Positions 1 through 10,795 of a stretch of DNA of 64,000 bases are shown in pieces; position 1 is the stretch's first letter; each line of letters starts with the position of its first letter. A program made the position numbers and the translations under genes. The notes under the pieces are model-generated. The model made no database searches, was not told the origin of the DNA, and was given only the letters and a program-made list of their open reading frames with translations. The stretch comes from Phoronis australis. Its lineage: Eukaryota; Animalia; Phoronida. The stretch spans positions 186,001-250,000 of the forward strand of contig NMRA01000066.1 in assembly GCA_002633005.1 (NCBI GenBank), in the 5' to 3' direction.

Positions 1-542
1 ATACTGGCTATCGGATCGGGTCTTTTCTTCGAACGAGAACATTGAGAGCAAGAGTCTTGTATGTAATTTTTGCTTGTGTATTTTCTCGTTTGTGAAATCC
101 AGTGTAAAACAACTACAACCAACTGCACGGAGCATAATCTTCGTCCATTAACTCATACTCAATTGTAGGCTACAGATAAAGTAATGTGTTTGCAATTACA
201 AAATGCACAAAAGCAAACTGGCACACGACAACCTGTTGAGCAATTTAATGCTTTAAAAAAAACAACCAATTCGGATAAATGCCTATTTTATGGCTAATTA
301 TTCCAAGTATTGAAAGTGTTTCATTCCAGTTTATTATCTTCCATTGGCCAAGCGTGTCAATTTATTCAACAATTGAACATCCATTGTGAGTTTTTCTGTA
401 CCTCAAAAGCTTCACATTTTGATTTAAATTCGTGTACATAGGTGTCGTATTTAATGAAGTTCATTCAAACTGCTTAATAAGGTTATCTCACATTATTTAG
501 TGGTCTTCATTCCAACTCGTATGTCAAAAATAACAGGCTTAA

Positions 543-1110
543 CGAGAACAACTAGCAACTTAAGTGAAAGTATATATTTTTTGAAAGAAAAAAAGGCCAG
601 GAATTGTAAAAATACTTTTTAAAAATATTTTTGTGCCATTATTTTTGTTACATTAACACCTTTTTAAGTTCAATTTTCATTTTTAAGAAAAGTACATTCA
701 TAGCAAAATAACGCCTCGGTCGATTTTAAGGAAACCTTTTTAAATGAAAGCTTCCCTAGTTACCTCATAAACGCTGTTAGGAATTTTCGATAAGTCTCTT
801 AGTTTGGTTTCTATGACAAATCAAATCGAAAAACGTAAGGTTTTTGTAAAAATAACAGTCTCATTCGTCTTTGTTACATTACGCACAGATTAGGCTTTTA
901 TATCAAAAATCCAAGCATCCTTTTTGAGATTGATGAATAAATATTAAATTTCGAAAGTTTCAGCAAAATCCAGTGAGCCACTTTCAAGAACTCGCGTTCC
1001 TAAATTCAAATAAAGTCGATTTGCCGAAGCTGAGAAAATTCCGAAGAAGTTGGGACGTGAAAATGTCAAGGTCTTCGGTTAATTGTGTAATTGTGAAGAC
1101 TTGTTCTCGG
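543..1110. mobile_element. piggyBac-like non-autonomous element (MITE) with TTAA target-site duplication
   Basis: TTAA at 539-542 is followed by C-GAGAACAA. The right end TTGTTCTCGG (1101-1110; rc CCGAGAACAA) is followed by TTAA at 1111-1114. The interior is AT-rich and non-coding. TTAA TSD plus C-rich termini is the piggyBac signature. Confidence 0.55.
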
Positions 1111-2617
1111 TTAAAGGAACATATACATGCCTTAACCATGCCGCTTTTCAACAATCAGTCAAAATGTCAACTGAATTTGCAGTGCGTAATTAACTTAATT
1201 ATCGCTAAAACGTTAATTTTCTTACCGTCTCCTGTCCAAGAGGCTTGGGTCAGCTGTTGACCTACTTAAAAGTAGCTTAACAGTTCATTGTAATACACAC
1301 CCCGCGCCGGGAGGTAGATATGAAACCAAGTACGAAATGTATTAGAAATCTAGTCGTTGGTTAAGGCACGTAGTGAGCGAGAGATCGAAACAGCGAAATG
1401 TCAAATTACCTATCAAATTAAGGAATTTGGGTGAGGATTTATCTGTTTCACAACTTGCTGTGTTCGTGAACCCAAAGTCACAGGGGCGTGAGACGACTTG
1501 GTGGAGCATTCGTTTTCAACGGTCGTATGCATGCAGACGCACAACTCCCTCAGGATAAAAACTACGTTTTGTCGTCGTTTTTCCGGCATCTTTCTACGAT
1601 GTGTACACCTCGTTGACTCAATATTTTGGCGACTCTGTGAGGGAAAGGACTGAGGGTACATGCGTAGGTGTTCTGTGCCTGGCGGGAAATACGATTTGAG
1701 TGACACCCCTGTAATCTTTGATCTCGGATAATTAGTAAACAAATTTCTACGCCGTTGCGCGGTTCCAAGCTGGTTCTTCTAAATCTATTTTTCTCGACAC
1801 AGGGTATATATTTCGTATTTGAAGTTCCCGGAGAATGAAGATAAGATATTTTTCTCGACACGTGTGACATATTGTAAAAATAGGCAAGGTTTTGTGAATA
1901 AGGTTTAGAAATCCTTAATAAAACTTCTACTCTGTTTAGATTAGTGTCAAACGCAGAAATGATTTAGGATTTCAGTCAAATTTTGCAGAAATGTACAAGG
2001 GGATTATTTTTTAATGGTTGGCAGTAGGCTATATGCAGGAAAGCAAAAAATCAATATCGGCTCGACATGCAGTACTTTCAGTATAATCATAGATGCTTTT
2101 TATTTATTTGACCCTATATAATAGAGTTTGCGAACATTAACCTTTAAGCTAATTTCTCATTCTGGATTTCTTATAAATGATACACGCGTCTTTGATATGC
2201 ACAGCACCTAGGTCACATGTAGGTTATTAGAATCGTTAATGGCACTGTATTCAGTCTGGTCATTATTTCAAACCTTCGATTGACTTAATTGAATTAATTT
2301 GCTTCGCTTGGCCTTGGCACGTAAGTCATGAATGAGTGAAGAAAGACGGGCAGAGTTCCGTAAACACAAGAATCTCGCGAAGGAAAGCAACGTGCTTCGC
2401 TTGAAATACATGGCGGTTCTCGTTAAGGCTTATGTTATAGTGCGTTGTCACGAGGTTCTTGCGTCTATGGAACGCAAACTAGGATTAAGAATTTATTTAG
2501 TACTTCCCAATTGTAGTATGTGTAAATTTCTTCTCTCTAAAGGGTCACCCCCACCCTTCTCACGATCTAAGACCTGTGGCGTTTTTAATGAAAATGGCTT
2601 TAGATACACTGCAGCAC

Positions 2618-2658
2618 TTTGTCTCTACAATTTGTCTCTACAATTGGTCTCTACAATT
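2618..2658. repeat. 13-bp tandem repeat (TTTGTCTCTACAA x ~3)
   Basis: tttgtctctacaa tttgtctctacaa ttggtctctacaa read directly. Confidence 0.8.
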
Positions 2659-3430
2659 GCTGGAAAGATGGTTAGTGAATTATTGTGAGCGCATCACACA
2701 CTATAAATAATTTATAGATGATCTCGGTAACTAGATGTTGAGTGTATTTTCTAAGAGACTCTGAGCTTTTGTCCAAGTGAAATTTAAGTATTGCACAAAT
2801 AGCTTTCTAGCACGTAAATCTCAACTAAAATGAGTCATAATTTATGTGCATAATTTGGCCGTAATCACCATAAATTACAAATTTTCAGGTCTCTGAGAAA
2901 CCTTTGATGACATGAAAAGAACTTAACACGTCGTGTGGCAAACAGGAAATAGAATTGGCACTAGGAAGAAGAGTGTTTGTCAAATCTGTCCAAAATTTAT
3001 CATGACCTGCTCCCATGATCATCAGATTACGCTTGTCATATTCCACAAAGACCTTGCAAGGGGTTTAGGAGACACAGCTGTGGAGACAAAAAATAAATTA
3101 CCTCACAGTCGCCTTTGGGTGTTACTTTCTGTACCACCACGTCCGAAGGTGAGGAAACCTGTGTAGGAGGACCCTCTGCATTGATACAAGGGCAAGGCTC
3201 CTATACTGATATAGAAAACCCCGCTCTTCAGTCTCTTTTTATATTAATATATTAGACTCCGTCCTAAGGTGACCGTAAAGTATTCCCCTTTATCCACTTA
3301 GGAGGACCAATTCTTCGGTCAAATATTGGCGAGACCCTCCATATTGACATAGGGCCCCATTCGAAGGTGACCGAAAAACGGGAACCCTTATATCGATGAA
3401 GGCAGCCCCCGTTCATGGTAGTCTTCAGGT

Positions 3431-3644
3431 GGGCCTATTTTAAGATAGCAGGCTAAGGCATCAAGTCAGAAAATCTGTATACAACTCAGAAATCAAAAGA
3501 CAGAAACCAGTTGCGTGGTTAGACAGACGATAAAACCTTTCATGAAACAAAAAAGACAAAAATATCAACGTTTTGCTATTATTAGTCAAATTTCTGACTT
3601 TTGGCTCTACTCAAAAGCCAATAGTCTCCTCTTGAAATAGGCCC
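3431..3644. mobile_element. MITE with GGGCCTATTT(T/C)AAGA terminal inverted repeats (PIF/Harbinger-like)
   Basis: Left end gggcctattttaagatagcaggcta at 3431; right end tagtctcctcttgaaataggccc ending ~3643 (rc gggcctatttcaagaggagacta). No ORF inside. Confidence 0.5.
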
Positions 3645-4102
3645 CTGGTCTAAAAAAATTCGTCGCAGTCAAGGAGAAATGGGAGTTCACCAGCGACTGA
3701 CATGGAACAGCCAAACTTTGAAAGTTAGCCAACCCTGTTAGGAATATTAACTTTAGCAGTTTGCTTTACTTGCCCATGGCCTTGATGACCCCTTCCTACC
3801 TTGGCATGAAGAAGTTTGATATTGATTTTTTCAGACCTCGACCTGGAATCTGATTTCTGCTCGAAAATTGACAAAATTACATTTGAATCATGCAGCGCGA
3901 TGTTTTGACATTTGGAAGCTGAGTCTGAGTCGAGTCTTGGGTTCTGAGATTTGAGAACCTGGGCTCTGGTTTTTACATTTTATGCATTAGTTATTTAGGC
4001 AATAAACTAATGCAACGCTGATATGTCTACACACTAATTTCATATTGAGCAATTGTGCTGGAAACTGCGATTTCTCTTCAGTTGTACTTTTGTGTCTTTC
4101 AG

Positions 4103-4135
4103 ATGAAACTTAACAATGACATGAATAGGCAGTGA
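4103..4135 (+). promoter_or_regulatory. Splice acceptor followed by a 10-codon upstream ORF in the 5' UTR of the FKRP-like gene
   Basis: Polypyrimidine tract + AG (tttgtgtctttcag) ends at 4102. It is followed at once by ATG AAA CTT AAC AAT GAC ATG AAT AGG CAG TGA, in the same frame as the main ORF and ending 15 nt upstream of the ATG at 4151. Confidence 0.5.
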
Positions 4136-4150
4136 CTGGAACTTTTAACA

Positions 4151-6145
4151 ATGTACAGAATAGCCACAATACTCAGGGCGTGTAGCCTGGTGGGCATGGG
4201 ATGCCTGTTCGGAGTACTATTCGTGGGGAATTCTAGATACCGTGACATTCCGGTCCAGATGCGCTTCAATGAGCAAGTCAAGTTGAACAAACAATCGACA
4301 CTTCCGCAAACATCCAAGAACCAGGATGAGGCCAAAGAGACCTCTATTGGAAGACTGGAGCAAAGGCTTAGGCGAGAAATTATGAACGAGATGAGGGAAA
4401 AACTTAGAGGTGAAATTCTTAAGGAAAGAGAAACTAATAATTCAAGAATCTTGGTACAAGAACAGTCAATGGCGTCTGTCCGTCAGTCCTTGTCTAAAAT
4501 CAAAGCCGGTCTTGCTGCTGCTCATCGCTTGTCTAAGTCGGCAGATGTGAAACGCCGAATAAGAGAATCATTCGGCATCATCGATGGATTGCTATCGACG
4601 CCTTCGGCAACGGCAGAGTTAGACAATCCGCCGATATTACCTAAAACAGACAGCCCCTCCATGTCGCCTGTTTGCCCCGAAAAGTACAAAGGATCAACAT
4701 TCGGATATCCGTACTTCTATAACGGGTTTGACATGGAGAAATGTGCGAATAAACGAGGTTTCTTTGAAATTATTACTATACTGCTGGACTTCCACGAGGA
4801 AGACGGGAGTCCAAAAAGTTTAATGAAAGTAAAAAGGATTTTGAATAACATTAAAAAGTATTATGCAAATGTTTCCGTTATCGTAACAGAAAATGGAAAC
4901 TTAAATCTTGAACGATCTTCAACAATGGACGTCGTAAAAATGCCTGCCTCGGCGTCAGGCGGGTTAGCTTGGAAGACGTTAGTCGAACGAGCTCAAACAG
5001 ATTATGTTTTCATAGGGCGAGATCTTGACTACTTTGACTGGAACGCACGCCTTGAGCGTCTTGTGCGCGAAATATACTACTTAAACGTCCCAGTTGCCGG
5101 AAGTTCAACTCGTATTGAGAACGGCCATTGGTCAATGGCTTGTCAACAACTGGTGTATCGAAATTACACGCTGACGTTCCGTAATGGATATGATATATCA
5201 CAACACGAATGCGTGTACTGTGATTACGTCAGTGGACCATTTGTAGCTGTGAAGAGTTACCTATTGCACAATCCACTGAACGAAATACTTGGTCGCCATG
5301 CAGTTTTCGAAGATCTGTTCTTGAGGACGTATTTGCAGGGGAAGCTGTCAATCGTTTGCCCGGATACAATGAATTACATCAACGACAATTCAGTGAATCA
5401 AAACGACAGATCTAACTGGCTTCCTCTTGCCCGACATTACCAGTTAAATCGAATCTACCTGTCATCTGGCAAGATTCACATATTCTCCTGTGGTGAAGTT
5501 GCAACTACTGGCAAAACGACAGGAATGGCGTTATCACCATGCACCATGCAAGAGCTGGCGAATGCCATCAAGTTTTTTATGGGAACATGTGAAAAGGAGA
5601 ACATCGTATGCGAACTTCAGGAGGGCACTCTGCTGGGGGCCGTAAAATTCAACAAGGTGCTACCATGGGAGAGAGACGCTGATTTGACCTTTTTTACCGG
5701 AAACTATTCAGCATTGAAAAATTTGCAGCAGTCGTTCTCTGTTGCCGGATATTCACTCAGTGACAGCGGAGGAGTTTGGTGCTGTGTGGACGGCAGGAAA
5801 GCCGGCGGCAAATTTATGATGGGATCGGGCATGTGGAACATTGAAGTTTACGGTCAGCATATAATGGACACGGAAAAGCTGGCCAATCTTAGCATGCCTC
5901 CCACAAAAGTGTTCTTTGACGGCATGTGGGTTAGCGTTCCGCGGAATCCTGGCCTTTATGTGCGGAATAGATACGGAAGGGAAGTTTATCGTCACGCTCA
6001 ACACTGGATGACCAGGGGAATGACAAGTGGTTGGGATGTTTATAAAACGGCCACGTTTTCAGCATGTCCACAAACCGGCTCTCACATGTGCCTGGACCAA
6101 TACATAACGGACGGTAATCTTCAGTTTGAGGTGCCAACACCTTGA
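4151..6145 (+). CDS. FKRP-like (fukutin-related / LicD-family) type II Golgi membrane phosphotransferase, 664 aa, single coding exon
   Basis: 664-aa ORF with an N-terminal hydrophobic signal anchor (ILRACSLVGMGCLFGVLFV), a predicted coiled coil (RLEQRLRREIMNEMREKLRGE), a glycosyltransferase-like stem (TDYVFIG; CVYCDYVSGPF) and a LicD/FKRP catalytic motif ELQEGTLLGAVKFNKVLPWERDADL, matching the GxLLGAxR..IxPWDxDxD family signature. Orthology to vertebrate FKRP versus an invertebrate paralogue is not established. Confidence 0.9.
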   Translation: MYRIATILRACSLVGMGCLFGVLFVGNSRYRDIPVQMRFNEQVKLNKQSTLPQTSKNQDEAKETSIGRLEQRLRREIMNEMREKLRGEILKERETNNSRILVQEQSMASVRQSLSKIKAGLAAAHRLSKSADVKRRIRESFGIIDGLLSTPSATAELDNPPILPKTDSPSMSPVCPEKYKGSTFGYPYFYNGFDMEKCANKRGFFEIITILLDFHEEDGSPKSLMKVKRILNNIKKYYANVSVIVTENGNLNLERSSTMDVVKMPASASGGLAWKTLVERAQTDYVFIGRDLDYFDWNARLERLVREIYYLNVPVAGSSTRIENGHWSMACQQLVYRNYTLTFRNGYDISQHECVYCDYVSGPFVAVKSYLLHNPLNEILGRHAVFEDLFLRTYLQGKLSIVCPDTMNYINDNSVNQNDRSNWLPLARHYQLNRIYLSSGKIHIFSCGEVATTGKTTGMALSPCTMQELANAIKFFMGTCEKENIVCELQEGTLLGAVKFNKVLPWERDADLTFFTGNYSALKNLQQSFSVAGYSLSDSGGVWCCVDGRKAGGKFMMGSGMWNIEVYGQHIMDTEKLANLSMPPTKVFFDGMWVSVPRNPGLYVRNRYGREVYRHAQHWMTRGMTSGWDVYKTATFSACPQTGSHMCLDQYITDGNLQFEVPTP

Positions 6146-6331
6146 CATACTTTCCTTCAAGACGGCACAACTACATACTTAATATAACAAACGTCAGCAG
6201 TGCCACTTGCAACTAATTCGGGTTTTCAATCACATCTGTTTACGATCTTGCCAAATGCGCATAGTTCTTGCCGAGATAACTGTGCATGGACATGGGAATC
6301 CAGTTTAAGTCCATGAATGAAAATCACCGTA

Positions 6332-6807
6332 TATTTAGGTCCATGCAACAGTATTCGAAATATTTTTACTCAAGTGCATTGCACGCAGGCGAATATAGCC
6401 TACATATGCTTCACTTGCAGGCAAGTGAAATTATCTCCCCGTACGTAGCAGGTGTTTCCTATGTGTCCTTTTCTAGTATTTGCACGCCTACTCTCCATTA
6501 AAAATGATTTTTTGACAAAAAACGTAATTTTATAGAAATTAGCTGCAGCGAAAAATCGAACCCACCAGTTTCGCGGTTATCGCCCTGCCGCTGAGCCAAA
6601 TCCCACGCGCGAAGTATCAGAGTACTAATCAGAGCTAATTCCCATTTGATAAATGACAACATTTTTAAGTGCACAAAGTCTGTTTAATTCACATGCTCTT
6701 TTAAAAAGCTGCTCCTTGGTTTTTGCTCATATGATTAGCATACAGATGCATGTACATAATTACAAATGTAGAGGGGAGTTTCGCGTGTAGCTGCATGGAC
6801 CTAAGTA
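6332..6807. repeat. Inverted-repeat pair, possible MITE remnant
   Basis: TATTTAGGTCCATGCA (6332-6347) vs TGCATGGACCTAAGTA (6792-6807), 15/16 complementary. No clear TSD. Confidence 0.35.
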
Positions 6808-9697
6808 CGCGCGTATACGGTAAGAGAGAATAAGTTGGTTTATATATATCGTGAATGGTTCCATAACATTCCACTTAATCTTCTTAACTTCGCAAGCTGA
6901 GTGTCTCATCAAGCGAATAGACTAAACCTATTCAATGAGCTAGAATTTAGCTAACTTGTCTACTGTAGTAATTACGCAAATTGTAAAGGCGATGATCCCG
7001 ATCAATAGGTCGAGGCATTGTTTTAGACGCAGGCTTGATGTGAAGCGAGTTGCTTATTCCGTATTCCATCTTTCTGATCTGAGAACGTTTTTAATACGAA
7101 CTTCGAGACGAGGCTTGTGTCAGCTCTGGGATCTCAAATAATGATTTTCTCTTTTTGTGTGTTTAATTATGAACACGGTCAAAGAGTAGGTTACTCGTAT
7201 CATTCCACGAAAAGGCAGATGAGGGTTAATGTGTCGTTTTCAATGCCATGTTACATGAATTGCTCAACCGAGTTGTTAATGACGAACTGTTACGGAATAA
7301 AATGGCTGCATTCGATCATCTAATCTTGCTTGCTCCGGATCAGATGAGTCAATCGGCTGAGACATCTTTCTGGATTGCGAACCGGAAGTCACCATCGGAA
7401 ACCAATCAAATGTCCAGCTATTAAGGTCGACCCAGCTGACTCGGTATTTGAATGAATCGAGTGCAGACAAAGTGAAAGTAATATTGTACGCCTTGTGTTG
7501 TTCTTTCATAAAAAAAATCCGCGGGCCATTTCTGTGCGATACGTTTTGTGCAATGAAACGTTTCGCAAGATCATGCATACGAAGTCGATGTCTAGGCTAC
7601 ATATTTGTTTTCAACCCAACGCAAAGAAACTGCCATGATGAAAATTAATGACAAAATGGGTAGCGCCGCTTGGTAGACTAAATTTCATGCGAGTAGAATA
7701 ACGAGAACACGCAAAATTAGGCGAGTGAAAGACGTGTTTCGCGGGTATGCTCAAAGGCTCGTAACCTCACTAACATGACCCAGCAAAATGGCGTCTTCTG
7801 AAGTGATTGGTCGATGAGCCTGGAAACGTGAATTGTGGGATTGAGTTATGTAATATAATTCGCAGTTTCCTTCCATACATTAAGTGAACATTTCTGGCCA
7901 CATGGACAAGGACGAAGTCTTAAGTCTACGTGACGCAAATGACATTTCGACATTATTTTACGAAATTGCTTATATATGTACGCTTTATGTTCTATATAAT
8001 CCAAAGGTGGACTACTTTGTTCGTGGAACAAGCCGTCAAACGTTTTCGACGAAAGGAAAAAATCTTATACAGGGAGTGCTTACGTATTAGGCAGTTTCTC
8101 AAGTTTTAGATGCATGGAACTCAGCTCCCGTTTCGCCTATGTACCACGCCATCATGGCGTCAAAGTCGATAGGTGTGGAAATTCTAACTAAAACCTTCTC
8201 GCATTAGCACGCCCACTTATATGCGCCCTTATGTATCTTCTGGAGCAAAACCGATTCAGAGAGGGTCTGCTGAAGCACGTTTCGGAGGACAATAACCTGA
8301 TGGGATAAAAGTCAAACAATTTGCTAATGAACAGGTGGCAATTGGGAGGGAGACAGATTATTTCGTTATAAAATACCTATATTTGTAACACATATAAGTG
8401 GATCTAGGAAAGGATAGGTCGAGAAGTTCTTGACGCCAAATTATGATCAAACGTATCATCGGATTATTACCAAGGTTCTCCTGCGAAAAATAACCCCCGA
8501 TACATTTTTGGCAGAACCTGTACTTATCATGAAAAGGAACAGTCGCTCAAATCAGTAATCATATAGTGTATTTGTGGCAGATTTGCCTGTATTTCTAGTA
8601 GATGATGTAACAGTAGACTCGGGAGCATGTGTCGGGAGATGTTTTACCAAACCAGTGGCGTTCGACGTTAGCCTGTTTGTGCTTGCAAATCGAAAGACAC
8701 TGAAAGCTTGATCTTCTGCCTGTTGCTGTTTTATCACCATTGTTATTAATTATCGATTAAACACAGTTGTCATAAACGAAAACACATTCAAAATAAACAA
8801 CTGAAAATATTACAGTCGATATTAGAAGGATATAGGCACACATTACATTACCTTTATATTGAGAATATGTCTAACGGACAACGTGCGAATGACAGATTAA
8901 GCTCATGGCGACTTGAACTGCAATTGGAGGAGTGTCCAGAACGCAACATTCTTATTGGTCAATCACACCTGTCATTCATTTTCAGGCGTAAGGACAATTG
9001 TTTATCAGGGTCGAATGGCAGCTGGTTCAAACAATCCTGGGGGTGTCTGATCTCAAACAGAGCCGGACATAGCCAGCTGCATTCGTTGGTACACGGTTGT
9101 CCAATCTCGAACCAGCGCCCGCTATGCTGCCGCGGCAAGACAGCAATCAGGGGTACGTTGACGAGGCAAGGGGCGAAAAAGCAGTAATACATTAAAATTA
9201 ATTGAAAATATACAAAGGGAGAGAGAAAATGTAAAAATGGAAGACGAGAGAAAATAAGGAGTTTTTGGTGTCATTGTAATTGTTTATGAGATGATGGTTA
9301 CAGAAAATACACACACACGCACACGCACATTGTGACTGTAACAGCGTTTTTGAGATTTTACCCTGAACATTTATTTCAAATAAAATTTTGTCATGTTATT
9401 GATACTGCTGTTGGGCTACGAATGCACCTTGCACGTGCGGCGCTACCTTGCGATAACTTCGATGACGACAGCGTCACCTCCAGTGTACTTCGATGTTCAT
9501 GAACTACCGAAGCTAGTATGGACGATCCAGTTAAAGGAGAATGCCACCCGATTTATTAGTCTTTTTTACCGTCTTAGTCGGTCTATATCCACATCGCTTC
9601 TTATACGGTCGACCTCACCTTGCCGAGAGGTGTCGCGTTAACCTGTGAGGAAGGTGAGAAACGACGCAGCGACGTCAGTGGTTCGTCTGCAGAGTGA

Positions 9698-9996
9698 ATG
9701 CCGCTATATTGCGGTGCATCGTTCGGCCCTTGTCCGAACAATGAAGCTGCGAAAAAAGCGGATATACCGTTTTTTCTCGACTTCCTCGAGAGACCGAAAT
9801 GCTTAGGAAGTGGCTCGCAGTAGTGAAGAATGAAAGGTATGCTGATAATAGCAAGTATGAGGCCGTCAAACATCTCCTTGTCTGTGGCCGGCATTTCGTC
9901 TACAGTGATTTCTCTGACGAATTCCGGCTTACCAAAGAACTATCCATACGTTCCGTTGCCTGTGCATGTTCACGGCGCCTCTCTAGTATTTCTTGA
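9698..9996 (+). pseudogene. Frameshifted THAP zinc-finger domain (transposase N-terminus remnant)
   Basis: ATG at 9698 reads MPLYCGASFGPCPNNEAAKKADIPF. After a frameshift in the T6 run (~9770-9775) it continues SRLPRETEMLRKWLAVVKNERY...HLLVCGRHFVYSDF. The C..C, P, W and VCxxHF THAP signature is split over two frames. Confidence 0.8.
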
Positions 9997-10669
9997 TCAG
10001 TGTATTCCGGTTCAAACTGATAGCCTGTGAAACCTACTAACGATCTGACCCGTGAAGTCTTCGTCGCCCCGAGCTCTTGACTAAGTCGGCATTGGTGCCG
10101 GGCGAGTTGCCATGTAGACGTTTATTTGTTCTGCGTTCTCTTTCAAAATGAATTATTCTCATCCTCACCAATGCTTATCTGAAACTGAAACAAAGTCTGT
10201 CTCATTAGATACAATTTGTAATGCCTTGGAGTGCTCGTGAGTGCAAATGTTTTGAGAAGCCAGCAATGAATAAACCACTGCGTTACCAGCGTTTAATGCC
10301 GGCAACTAAGGTAGCCTAAAATGACCGGGCACCGAGGCCGTGTGAGCGCATGCTAATTCAGTGTTTGCTGACAGAAAGCTGTTGTGAAACAATTACTCGA
10401 TTTTATATGCTATGGTCACATGTTAGGGGAATCTTTATTTAGAAATGCAAATACATTATTCAAATCATTGTTACTGTACAACCTTTACCTTGATCGTGAT
10501 TGGAAGGGGAACCCGAATTCGCGGTCCCCGACAAGTAAGTAGATTTTCAGTTTCGTGGCTAATTCACATAAATAATTATGTGCACATTATTTCCTTGGCT
10601 TCCTATTATATTATAGTATTTTGGTGACTTCAAGGTTTAGTTTCCAACTCAAGCTGGTTTATGTTCCTG

Positions 10670-10795
10670 CCAGTCCCGGCGGCCGCGACGGGCCTGATTT
10701 GGTTCTGAGCCTCTCGCCGGGATAACGAGTCATGAGTCCAGCCGCGACGCCGGGCCTATTGATCGGGTTCCGAGCCACTGGTCGGGATAACAAGC
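10670..10795. repeat. GC-rich ~59-bp tandem duplication inside the Kolobok element
   Basis: gccgcgacg-ggcctgatttggttctgagcctctcgccgggataacgag vs gccgcgacgccgggcctattgatcgggttccgagccactggtcgggataacaag. Confidence 0.65.

Noticed and set aside
4133-4135. In-frame TGA as a selenocysteine or readthrough codon
   Set aside because: No SECIS-like structure was recognised downstream, the position is not catalytic, and a good ATG follows five codons later.
4151-6145. Bacterial licD contamination or recent HGT (intronless ORF)
   Set aside because: It has a eukaryotic type II anchor, an FKRP-like stem domain and an upstream splice acceptor. Vertebrate FKRP is also encoded by a single coding exon.
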